Shown here one piece after another: positions 8,349-17,483 of a stretch of DNA of 64,000 nt. Origin of the DNA: Candidatus Buchananbacteria bacterium (GTDB taxonomy: Bacteria; Patescibacteriota; Patescibacteriia; Buchananbacterales; UBA6539); NCBI GenBank assembly GCA_041664165.1, contig JBAYLH010000004.1, positions 11,974-75,973 on the forward strand, written 5' to 3'. A program made the translations under genes and the position numbers. Under the pieces are notes generated by a model. It ran no database searches. It saw only the letters and a list, made by a program, of their open reading frames with translations, and had not been told where the DNA came from. The stretch's first letter is position 1. Every line of letters begins with the position of its first letter.

Positions 8349-9487
8349 AATTTCCCTTTTTTAATCGCCTGCCTAATTTCAGACATTAAGGTTAAATAAA
8401 AACTAAGATTATTCAGCGTTGCCAATCTCATGCCTAGCGGCTCGTTAGTGTGGAAAAGGTGATGCAAATAAGCTTTGGAGTATTGTTTAAGATTAGTTTG
8501 GTTAATTGGCGAAAAGTCTGATTTATATTTGGCATTAGTGATGTTGATGGTTTTATAGAATTTATCATTCTGAGGCCGAAGGCCGAAGAATCTCTGAGAT
8601 CCTTCCCTTTCGCTTCGCTTATGATCAGGATGACGACGAGAAGGTTGACTCCATAAATACAGCCGGCCATGCCTGGCCTCCCGGGTCGGGATGACGCAGT
8701 CAAACATATCAATCCCCTGTTTTACCGCGGCGACGATTTCTTCCGGCCTTCCCAATCCCATTAAGTACCTTGGTTTGTTTTCCGGTAAAAACGGCATGAC
8801 CCAGTTCAAAATTTCTCTCATTTTTTCCCGCGGTTCACCGACAGCCACCCCGCCAATGGCATAGCCGTCAAACTCAAGGGCGGTAATTTCTTTGGCTGAC
8901 TTTAGCCTCAAGTCTTTGTAGATTCCGCCCTGGATTATCCCGAATAATTTTTGATTTTTCGTTTTGAAGCTTTTTTGGCAGCGGCCAGCCCAGCGGGTGG
9001 TTCTTTCCATGGCCAGCTTAACTTTTTGTTTGGCCGCCGGATAGCCGATAACGTCATCAAAAGCCATGGCGATGTCAACGCCGAAGTCTTTTTGAATTTG
9101 CATTGACAATTCCGGAGTTAGCAGATATTTTTTGCCGCTGGTTGGATCGGAAAATTCTACGCCGGCTTCGGAAATTTTTCTCAAATTAGCCAAAGAAAAA
9201 ACCTGAAAGCCGCCGGAATCAGTTAAAATCGGTCCCGGCCAATTCATAAACCGATGCAGTCCGCCGGCTTTTTTAATCAGCGAATTGCCCGGGGACAGCA
9301 TTAAATGATAGGTATTAGCCAAAATAATTTCCGCATTGAGATTTTGCAGCTCGTCAGCCGCTAAATTTTTTACCGCCCCTTTGGTGGCAATCGGCATAAA
9401 AAAAGGACCATCAATATCGCCGTGCGAGGTTGCGAGCTTGGTTAGCCTAGCTTTGGTGCGGGTAGATTTTTTTAAAACTTTAAACAT
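8345..9487 (-). CDS. tgt: queuine tRNA-ribosyltransferase
   Basis: 380 aa. Motifs LTDSGGFQVFSL, GIIQGG, FDCVIPTR, SKAYLHHL. The last ~35 codons lie in repeat copy 2. Confidence 0.85.
   Translation of the reverse strand: MFKVLKKSTRTKARLTKLATSHGDIDGPFFMPIATKGAVKNLAADELQNLNAEIILANTYHLMLSPGNSLIKKAGGLHRFMNWPGPILTDSGGFQVFSLANLRKISEAGVEFSDPTSGKKYLLTPELSMQIQKDFGVDIAMAFDDVIGYPAAKQKVKLAMERTTRWAGRCQKSFKTKNQKLFGIIQGGIYKDLRLKSAKEITALEFDGYAIGGVAVGEPREKMREILNWVMPFLPENKPRYLMGLGRPEEIVAAVKQGIDMFDCVIPTREARHGRLYLWSQPSRRHPDHKRSEREGSQRFFGLRPQNDKFYKTINITNAKYKSDFSPINQTNLKQYSKAYLHHLFHTNEPLGMRLATLNNLSFYLTLMSEIRQAIKKGKL
8346..8450. repeat. direct repeat copy 2 (the authentic tgt 3' end)
   Basis: Near-identical to 8079..8183. 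Confidence 0.85.
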
Positions 9488-9496
9488 TGATAATAA

Positions 9497-9556
9497 AATA
9501 AGAAAATAAAAAATTAAGAAATTAATTTATTTTCTTATTTTCTTAATTTTTTATTT
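9497..9556. terminator. AT-rich long inverted repeat between the DUF11-like gene end and the tgt start (likely terminator)
   Basis: aagaaaataaaaaattaagaaattaa / ttaatttattttcttattttcttaattttttatttt form a near-perfect palindrome. Confidence 0.35.
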
Positions 9557-9562
9557 TTGGGC

Positions 9563-11473
9563 TTACTCGGTAATGTCGATAACTAAGCCTCGGCCGCCGC
9601 CAATTTGATCATCTTCTAAATTTGAGGTTATGGCCTGTCCGGTTTTAGTAATTTGAGAATTATTGGTCTTGTCGGTTGCCGTCAGGGTAGTTTGATCGGT
9701 CAAAATCAGTAGTTTTCTCACCTGCTTTTTAGTCGGTATAACGGAAATATCAAACCAGCAGTTCAAATCGGAAAAACTTTTATTGGCCGGGATTTTATTG
9801 ATTGTCCAGCTGATTGTCCGATCCTTAGAATTATATTTGATTTCACCGGCTTTGACATAAAATTTATTTTCCCAGTTTACGCCGTCAGGCAATTTAGTGC
9901 TGACTTCAACATTATTAACTTCATGAAGGCTGTTGGCGATTGACCAATAAATTCTGAAAGTTGTTTTTTGACCGACTACCGGCGGCAGTGGTCCGGTTCC
10001 GACCGCCAGGTTGTCATCGTCAAAATAGCGGCCTTCATTTTTTAATTCAATGTCCGTGTTGATATTATTTACGATTTCATTGCTGCTGACTTTCAGGTCG
10101 GTAACCGCCAGGTCGCCAATTTTTTCAATGCTGGCAGCCGATTTGCTTTTGACCTGCAAATTAGCCTCGCTCAAATTGACTTGATTAGCGTCTTTGACTT
10201 TAATTGAGAAATCAATCGTGCCAGAATCAAGCGGCTTGACTACATCAAGCTGGGAAATCTGGTCTTTATTCCAGGTAATTTGATTATCTTTGACTAAGCC
10301 GGCGTGTTTATCGTCTAAATTCGACCAATCCAAAATATTAGAGTCTAAAGCGATAGCAAAAGAAACATTGCTTAAATCTTTATCGCCTAAATTTTTATAG
10401 ACAATGGAATAAGTCAGGGTCTGGCCGAAACTAATCGGCTGGCCTTGATTGGAACCGTTGATAATCAAGTCGACGCTTAGGCCCGGCTGGATAATTTCGG
10501 TGGTAATTGATTTTTCCTGTTGAACCGAAAATTCATCGGAATCGGGCTTTAAAAAACCGATTTGAATCGAGAAATTCGGCTTAGTATTTTGGGGGTCATT
10601 CAAATAGCCGCCAGTGATGCTGAGTTCGCCTTCCTGGTTTTTACCCAAAGTGTCAATTAGCCATTCATTATTTAAGCTGCGGGCGTCGGCGGCTTGAACG
10701 GTCGGCTGAGGAGTTGCCTCTTGAAAGACAAAGTTGCTTGGATAGTTGGCAACAATTTTTACTTTGGTCAAATCCTGGCTGGAATTATTGCGATAGGTTA
10801 TTTTGTAAGTTACCTTTTTCTCCGGCAAAATTTGCGATGGGCCGTCCAGGCTGATTTCTAAAATTGACGAGGTAACTTGGCTGCTGAACGAAGCCGTATC
10901 TTTAAAAACTGAGCTGAAATTTTTTGGCTGAAATGAAGCGGTGGCATTGATGGTTTTGATTGAACCGACTTCGCCGATTAATTTTCCTTTGATTTCAATT
11001 TGGCCGCTGGCACCCACCCCTAAAGTTCCCAAATTCCAAGCCGTATTGAAGTCATTGGCCGGGGCCGGTTGGGCGGAAATAAATTCAAAATTATCAGGAT
11101 AGCGAAAAATTATTTCAACATTATCCAAGGGGACATTTTCGACATTTTTATAATTTAAAACATAAACTACTTCGTCGCCGGAGGCAATGCTTTGCTGACC
11201 CTGTAATTCGAGTTTGATGCTGCCGCCCGAAAAATTTTTATTTTGATTAAAGATGACAAAGCCCAGCCAGCTAATCGCCGCTAAAATTAAAACCACGGCA
11301 ATAAAACTGAAAAAAAACATTTTAAACCGGCTTTTTCTCCTCACGTCCAGATGGGAAATGTCGGGCAGGCTGCCGTCTTGGTTGCTGTAAATTTTCATTA
11401 AATCCTTTTGGACTGACGATCCGTCTCGGCCGTCAGCTTCTTTTTTGAGTTGTTTTAAGCGGTTGGATTTCAT
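9563..11473 (-). CDS. membrane-anchored surface protein with repeated beta-sandwich (DUF11-like) domains
   Basis: 636 aa. N-terminal TM helix (FFFSFIAVVLILAAISWLGFVIF). Repeated ~100-aa modules rich in N/S/T/Q. Confidence 0.55.
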   Translation of the reverse strand: MKSNRLKQLKKEADGRDGSSVQKDLMKIYSNQDGSLPDISHLDVRRKSRFKMFFFSFIAVVLILAAISWLGFVIFNQNKNFSGGSIKLELQGQQSIASGDEVVYVLNYKNVENVPLDNVEIIFRYPDNFEFISAQPAPANDFNTAWNLGTLGVGASGQIEIKGKLIGEVGSIKTINATASFQPKNFSSVFKDTASFSSQVTSSILEISLDGPSQILPEKKVTYKITYRNNSSQDLTKVKIVANYPSNFVFQEATPQPTVQAADARSLNNEWLIDTLGKNQEGELSITGGYLNDPQNTKPNFSIQIGFLKPDSDEFSVQQEKSITTEIIQPGLSVDLIINGSNQGQPISFGQTLTYSIVYKNLGDKDLSNVSFAIALDSNILDWSNLDDKHAGLVKDNQITWNKDQISQLDVVKPLDSGTIDFSIKVKDANQVNLSEANLQVKSKSAASIEKIGDLAVTDLKVSSNEIVNNINTDIELKNEGRYFDDDNLAVGTGPLPPVVGQKTTFRIYWSIANSLHEVNNVEVSTKLPDGVNWENKFYVKAGEIKYNSKDRTISWTINKIPANKSFSDLNCWFDISVIPTKKQVRKLLILTDQTTLTATDKTNNSQITKTGQAITSNLEDDQIGGGRGLVIDITE

Positions 11474-11481
11474 ATTTTAGT

Positions 11482-13920
11482 TCATTTGGCTAAAGCGGCG
11501 CCATAAAATTGATCAGTATTAAGTTTGGCTTTGAAACTGACCCCGCTATCGTCGCTGGCAAGGTCAGGCGGAAATTTTGCCAATGGTTTCAAGCCATTAT
11601 TCAGCTTGAGGTAGCTGCTTAGGTCAGACCCCAGGCTGCCAGCTTGTTTTTGAGCCAGCAAGCTGTAGTAGAAGGTATTTTGGCCTTCCAGGGCGATTTT
11701 AAACGGCAGGCGGTATTTAATAGTAACGGACTGGATTTCTCCCGGCTTGAGCTGAAGCCAGTTGCCAAAAACGGTTTTGCCGCTTTCTTTGTAAATATCA
11801 GTATCGGTTTTTTCATCTTTGGTTTTTTCGGTTTCAACGCTAAGCAAATCGCTATCGGACTGGTACTCTGGCAGCGGGCTTTCAAAAAATTTGGCCATTG
11901 GTTTTTTAAAGCCAGTCGCGGCCAATAAGGTGCTGCCCAGCGGAACATAAAATCTGACATAACTATTATTTTGAACGCCGGTAAAAATGTTTTCGCCGGA
12001 AGTACCCGTATGGCGCCGGGTGACTTTAACGGTATCAATTATCGAACCATCGGACTGAACCTCGGCGGCGTGTTCGATTGTTTCCTTGACGACGCCGTCG
12101 GTTTTGCCGCCGGCCAAGTTGGTGTGGACAACGGAAAGGTAGTCGCTGTTAGTTTTTTTAATTTCGCCGGCCCAGCCTAAATCGGTTATTAATTTTTCAG
12201 TTTGATAATCATTAAAATAAATCAAAAGCTGTTTTTCATTCAAACTGCTTTTAAAGACCTCAAAAAGCTTTTTTAAATCAGCGCCATCGGCCGAAAACAG
12301 CTTGTTTAGGAGAATTGGGGCTAAATCGGCAATAAATTGTTTCGGTTTATTTTCTTTTTTATCATACTCAATCTCGACGATTTTTTGGGTTTCAGCGACA
12401 AAATTTTGACTGGTAATATCGCGGCCGTACTCCGGCATCGGAATCGGCCCGAAAATAGCGAGCAATTTTTCCATTACCGTTGAAGTCAAGGTGATGACGC
12501 CGTCAACGCTTGGTCCGCTGGCATTTTGGTAAAACCACTCGATTTTTTTGGCCGTGGTCGGAAAATCCGGCCACCAGTTGGCATCCTGAAATTCCCACCG
12601 CGAATTAATCAGATGCAGCGGTTCGGGCGAGATGACTTTTGGCACCAAAGCGCCTTGCAAATCATAAGTGCCGCCGGGCGGGATGTCTAGTTTTTTAATT
12701 TCGCCTTGATCAATATCAGCCAAGGCAAAGCTGCCCATAAATCCGCCGCCGCCGCGCAACTCATTGTTATTCAAAAAAATTACCAGATAGCGTTGCCATT
12801 GATTTTGGCCTAAAATTTTTAACAAAACGGTATTAAGGTCATAAAGCCCTTTCAAGCCGGATTCGATTTTTGGCAAATCCGCCAAAACTTTGGTAAAGGT
12901 TTCGCGGTGTTCGGCCGGCAGATCGTTAACTTTGATGCTTTGGATTTTAATTTTAGCCTCGTTAAATTTATTTATCGCCGTTTTTAAATCCCCCTGAAAA
13001 CCAGCCAAAGATTCGTAGTAGCCTTTTAAGTTTTTGCCGTCGATTATTTTTTGGCCGCCAGAAATCAGGATTTGGCCGGTTTCGGCAATAATTTGGCCGG
13101 CGGAAAGCAAGGCTAAACCGGAGCTGACGGACCGATTTTGGTCGGGCAGCAGTTTTAAAATGTCGCTGCTCAAAAGATTCAAGTCGTTGATTTCTTTTTG
13201 GGCGGAAATAAAATTATTTTTTGCCTGGCCAAATGAGGCATTGGCGCCGTTTAAATCAAAATCAGTAACGGCTTGTTCCCCTTGTTTGAGATTTTCAATC
13301 GCTTCGTTGGTCAGGAGCAAAACCCGGTCTTTGGTATCCTGCAAATCTTCATAGTAAGTAAAAGCCTGAAGTGGCAGGATTAAAACGATTGCCATCAGGA
13401 TAAAAACGGCTACCTTTTTATGCCAGTTTGTCGGAATTTGAAGACTGGAAATTTGGATATAACTGGGTTTGGCAAAAATATCTTCAATTTCTTGTTCCTC
13501 AAATGAAGATATTGTCTTTTTGAGTTCGCCTGATTTTTCGACTTGATCTTCTTTTGGGGGTTGTTCGGCTAATGGTTTTTTTAACGAAGCAACCATTAAA
13601 TTTTTGCTGCCGATAAAATCAACGCAGATTTTATTATTATTTTTTTTGGGTGGCATTTTAGGCGGCTTGATCTGGCTAATCGGTTCCGATTTAGGCTTAG
13701 CCGTCGAAGCTAGAAGATTTTTTTCAAACAGCTCTTGATAGGGATTTTTGAGATTAACAATATGAGCCGACCTGATTTTTTGGCCTAATTCAATATTCAG
13801 CGAAATTTCTGGTTCGCTTTTTGACTCTTTTAATAAATTATCATCTGATAATCGCTTCCGGCCGAGCCTTTTGGCGGAGGTGATAATTTTTTTTGCTTTT
13901 TCTTTTGATTTTTGAGGCAT
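11482..13920 (-). CDS. DUF4012-family membrane protein (polysaccharide-locus associated)
   Basis: 812 aa with an internal TM helix at ~aa 170. Central motif QRYLVIFLNNNELRGGGGFMGSFALADI resembles the DUF4012 signature (N.ELR.TGGF.GS). Confidence 0.6.
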   Translation of the reverse strand: MPQKSKEKAKKIITSAKRLGRKRLSDDNLLKESKSEPEISLNIELGQKIRSAHIVNLKNPYQELFEKNLLASTAKPKSEPISQIKPPKMPPKKNNNKICVDFIGSKNLMVASLKKPLAEQPPKEDQVEKSGELKKTISSFEEQEIEDIFAKPSYIQISSLQIPTNWHKKVAVFILMAIVLILPLQAFTYYEDLQDTKDRVLLLTNEAIENLKQGEQAVTDFDLNGANASFGQAKNNFISAQKEINDLNLLSSDILKLLPDQNRSVSSGLALLSAGQIIAETGQILISGGQKIIDGKNLKGYYESLAGFQGDLKTAINKFNEAKIKIQSIKVNDLPAEHRETFTKVLADLPKIESGLKGLYDLNTVLLKILGQNQWQRYLVIFLNNNELRGGGGFMGSFALADIDQGEIKKLDIPPGGTYDLQGALVPKVISPEPLHLINSRWEFQDANWWPDFPTTAKKIEWFYQNASGPSVDGVITLTSTVMEKLLAIFGPIPMPEYGRDITSQNFVAETQKIVEIEYDKKENKPKQFIADLAPILLNKLFSADGADLKKLFEVFKSSLNEKQLLIYFNDYQTEKLITDLGWAGEIKKTNSDYLSVVHTNLAGGKTDGVVKETIEHAAEVQSDGSIIDTVKVTRRHTGTSGENIFTGVQNNSYVRFYVPLGSTLLAATGFKKPMAKFFESPLPEYQSDSDLLSVETEKTKDEKTDTDIYKESGKTVFGNWLQLKPGEIQSVTIKYRLPFKIALEGQNTFYYSLLAQKQAGSLGSDLSSYLKLNNGLKPLAKFPPDLASDDSGVSFKAKLNTDQFYGAALAK

Positions 13921-13967
13921 CTAAATATTAAAAAGTAATAATTGAGATTACCTTATTATAACACAAA

Positions 13968-15086
13968 TTAAGTAGTTTCGTAAATTTTTAGAGTTTTCTC
14001 GGCGCAGGCCGGCCAATTAAATCTTTTAATCTGATTTAAGCCTCGGTTTTTTAAATTAATATACAATTCCTGATCGGTTAAAACCCGATTGATTATTTCC
14101 GCCATTTCCGCCGGATTATTTGGGTTAAAATAAATAGCGCTGTCCTGCAAAATCTCCGGCAGACTCGTGGAATTTGAGGCGACAACCGGCGTGCCGCAAG
14201 CCAATGATTCCAGCGCCACTAAGCCGAAACCTTCGCAAAAAGATGGCAAAACAAAAATTTCAGCCGCATTATATAGCAATGGCAGATCAAAATCTTGAAT
14301 AAAGCCGGGTTGGATAATGTCGGTTTTAAACGGTGAATTAACAATCGCCAGGCTAATTTCCGGATAGCGCGGGTCTGGTCGGCCGCCTAAAACCAGCTGG
14401 TAGTCAAGCCGGTACCGGGATTTAACTAAATTGAAAGCCTTGATTAAATTCGGCAAATTTTTATGGTCACGCCAAACGCCGGTATAAAGAATAAACGGCT
14501 TGGTGATGTTATAAGCTTTTTTTGCGGCTAAAATTTTATTTTGATCATTTATTTCTTTATATTCCGGGCCGATGCCGAGATAAATCACTTCGATTTTTTC
14601 CGGCCTGACTTTAAAAAATTTAAGCAGATTGTCTTTGGTATGATTTGACACGGTAATGATTTTTTTCGCCCTTTTAATTCCCTGTCCAAAAACCAGATTA
14701 TAGCCTAATTTTTTAATGACTGACTTTTTGACGTTTGGCCCCGGAAAAAAATAAGGCGTAATGTCATGGATAGTAACAATAAATTTTTTGGGGTAAAGCA
14801 GCGGCACGTTGAAATGGGGAAAATGAACCAAGTCCAGATTGTATTGCAATAATTTTTTCGGCATTTCAAACTGTTCGGCCAGGCTATACCAGCGGCAATT
14901 CACTCTGATTTTTTTGATCCGCTCATTGGGCGGGGTAAATTCGGAATAGCCCGGTTCGCGCATAAATAAAAAATATTCGTTGGTTTTATCCAATTCAAAA
15001 AGCTGATCGGTCAAATTTTTGACATAAACGCCAATCCCCGTTGTTGATTTGGCGCCGTACATTCTGGCATCAATTCCAATGCGCAT
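13968..15086 (-). CDS. glycosyltransferase family 4
   Basis: 372 aa; EGFGLVALESLACGTPVVASN (GT4 E-x7-E region). Confidence 0.8.
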   Translation of the reverse strand: MRIGIDARMYGAKSTTGIGVYVKNLTDQLFELDKTNEYFLFMREPGYSEFTPPNERIKKIRVNCRWYSLAEQFEMPKKLLQYNLDLVHFPHFNVPLLYPKKFIVTIHDITPYFFPGPNVKKSVIKKLGYNLVFGQGIKRAKKIITVSNHTKDNLLKFFKVRPEKIEVIYLGIGPEYKEINDQNKILAAKKAYNITKPFILYTGVWRDHKNLPNLIKAFNLVKSRYRLDYQLVLGGRPDPRYPEISLAIVNSPFKTDIIQPGFIQDFDLPLLYNAAEIFVLPSFCEGFGLVALESLACGTPVVASNSTSLPEILQDSAIYFNPNNPAEMAEIINRVLTDQELYINLKNRGLNQIKRFNWPACAEKTLKIYETT

Positions 15087-15095
15087 AGAAAAAAA

Positions 15096-16247
15096 TTAGG
15101 AATTATTCTCCAATTTATGGTTTGTCGTCCCCGACTCGATAATTTTTAAAATCTGCTCCGCCGCCGACCGCCAATTAAATTTTTTGGCTTGGACAAATCC
15201 CCTTTCCTTAAGCAAATTTTTCAATCTTTCATCGGCTAAAAATTGATTGATTACTGTCGCCAGTTCATTGAAATTATTCTGGTCGATTAAAAGTCCGGCA
15301 TTGCCGACCGATTCAACCAGTGCCGAATTAAAGCCGCTGATAACCGGCGTGCCACAGGCCATGGCTTCCAGCGGCGGCAAACCAAAGCCCTCATAAATCG
15401 AGGGATAAACAAATAATTTGGCTAAGCCATAAAGCGCCGGCCGATCAGATGAATCAACGTAACCCAAAAATTTAATCCGGTCTTTGGCTGGTGATTTTTG
15501 CCAAAGCTGGTAAATTTTTTGGTATTTCCAGGCCGGACTGCCGGCAATTACCAAATGAACCGACTGGTTAGTAACTTTTTCAAAGGCTAAAATCAAGCTT
15601 TCCACGTTTTTTCTCGGTTCCAAATTTCCTAGGTAAAAAATGTAATCATTGGGCAGCTTAAACTTATTTTTAACTCTTGCCTTCTCCGATTCGGCGATTG
15701 GCTTGAAAAATAGGTCATTAACGCCGTTATAAACCACTTTAATTTTTTCCGGCGGAATTTGATAGAATTTGATAATATCGTTTTTGGTATTTTCGGAAAT
15801 GGCAATAATGACATCCGAATTTTGGCAGAGTTTTTTCGGCGCAATCAGGCTATGCCAAATCTTTTTTTTGGCCGTAAAAAATTCCGGATAGATTTCAAAG
15901 GAAAGGTCGTGGACGATTAAAATCTTTTTGCAGTCTCCGGAAAGGTTGGAAAACAAAAAACTCGGCGTCAAAAAAACGTCAACCCCGCCGATTAATTTGT
16001 CAATTTCGGCCACTTTCAAAAGCCGCAGCGACAAGTTAAAAATTTTATTGGGATAATTAAAGCCTTTGTCGGTTACGTTAGGATAATTAAACTCCGGCAC
16101 TTTTGATTTTTTTGACGAATTATAAAATAAAAAATATTGATTTCGGGAATCAATTTTAAATAAATTGGAGACTAGGTTGTATGTGTATTCGCTGATGCCG
16201 GAGTATTGCTTTTCCATCAGACAGCGAATATCAATGCCGATTTTCAT
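15096..16247 (-). CDS. glycosyltransferase family 4
   Basis: 383 aa; EGFGLPPLEAMACGTPVISG. Confidence 0.8.
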   Translation of the reverse strand: MKIGIDIRCLMEKQYSGISEYTYNLVSNLFKIDSRNQYFLFYNSSKKSKVPEFNYPNVTDKGFNYPNKIFNLSLRLLKVAEIDKLIGGVDVFLTPSFLFSNLSGDCKKILIVHDLSFEIYPEFFTAKKKIWHSLIAPKKLCQNSDVIIAISENTKNDIIKFYQIPPEKIKVVYNGVNDLFFKPIAESEKARVKNKFKLPNDYIFYLGNLEPRKNVESLILAFEKVTNQSVHLVIAGSPAWKYQKIYQLWQKSPAKDRIKFLGYVDSSDRPALYGLAKLFVYPSIYEGFGLPPLEAMACGTPVISGFNSALVESVGNAGLLIDQNNFNELATVINQFLADERLKNLLKERGFVQAKKFNWRSAAEQILKIIESGTTNHKLENNS

Positions 16248-16250
16248 AGT

Positions 16251-17405
16251 TTAAAAGCCGCATTTAATCTGGGAATTTTTTAGTTTTTGCCATTCGCTCT
16301 CGATCAATTCTCTGATTTCTTTTTTGAATCTTTCCGTACTGAATTGTTCGGCGTAATCTTTAATTTTAATCGGATTGTAATCTTCGGGTTTGAAGCGGAC
16401 AATCGCATCGGCCAAAGCTTCCCAGGTCTGTTCGTCAAAAAATTTGCCCGTTTGGCCTTCGACGACGGTTTCGCAGGCACCGCCGGCGGCTAAAGCGATA
16501 ACCGGCCGACCGCAGGCCATTGATTCAACCGCCGTGATGCCAAAGTCTTCGATTTGTGGATGGACAAAGGCAATTGCCTCGCTGTAGAGCTTGGCCAGTT
16601 CGGTTTGGCTAATTTTGCCCAAAAATTCAATATTTTGCTTGGCCAAGTTTTTAAGATTTTTTTCCTCCGGCCCGGTGCCAAAAATTTTTAAAGGGATGCC
16701 CAGCCGGTTAAAAGCTTTAATGGCAATATCAAATCTTTTATAAGCGACCAGCCGGCCGCCGGTTAAAAAGTATTTGCCGACAGCGGGTGAAATTTGAAAA
16801 TTATTAGTATCGACTGGCGGGTGGATAATTAGGCTGTCCCGGCGATAATATTTTTTTATCCGATCGGCAACGTTTTTCGAATTAGCGATGAAATAATCAA
16901 CCCTTTGAGCAGACAGCTGATCCCAAATCCGCAGCTGGTTTAAAATCAGCGGAATAATTTTTTTTATCAGCCGGTTATATTTCAACTCTTCAACGTAGCG
17001 GTGGGTGTCCGACCAAAGATAGCGGGTTGGGGTATGGCAATAGCAAAAGTGAAGCGTATTTGACCGGGTGATTATGCCTTTGGCCATGGCGGAACAGCTT
17101 GATAAAACCACGTCATAATCCATCAAGTCGTAACTTTCCGTGGCGGTCGGCATCAACGGTAAAAACCATTGATAATGTTTTAGCGCGGCCGGCCAATTCT
17201 GCAGAAAAGAAGTCCTAATGTCTTTATCCTTGAAAATTTGGCCGAGTTTTTCCCGATCATAAAGCAAGGTGTAAGTCGGCGCCTCGGGCCACATTTCTAA
17301 AAACACCTGCAGAACTCTTTCGGCCCCGCCCTCTTGGATTAAATGGTCATGAATTAAAGCTACCTTCATCCCGTTAGAGGCCTGCTCGGCTAGAAATTTT
17401 TCCAA
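16251..17405 (-). CDS. glycosyltransferase family 4
   Basis: 384 aa; EDFGITAVESMACGRPVIALAAGG. Confidence 0.8.
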   Translation of the reverse strand: MEKFLAEQASNGMKVALIHDHLIQEGGAERVLQVFLEMWPEAPTYTLLYDREKLGQIFKDKDIRTSFLQNWPAALKHYQWFLPLMPTATESYDLMDYDVVLSSCSAMAKGIITRSNTLHFCYCHTPTRYLWSDTHRYVEELKYNRLIKKIIPLILNQLRIWDQLSAQRVDYFIANSKNVADRIKKYYRRDSLIIHPPVDTNNFQISPAVGKYFLTGGRLVAYKRFDIAIKAFNRLGIPLKIFGTGPEEKNLKNLAKQNIEFLGKISQTELAKLYSEAIAFVHPQIEDFGITAVESMACGRPVIALAAGGACETVVEGQTGKFFDEQTWEALADAIVRFKPEDYNPIKIKDYAEQFSTERFKKEIRELIESEWQKLKNSQIKCGF

Positions 17406-17483
17406 CGGAGCAGGTGTTAATTATTAATAATATAAATCCGATATAATCATAATCAGTCATATAATTATTGCCTCTGACGGGAT

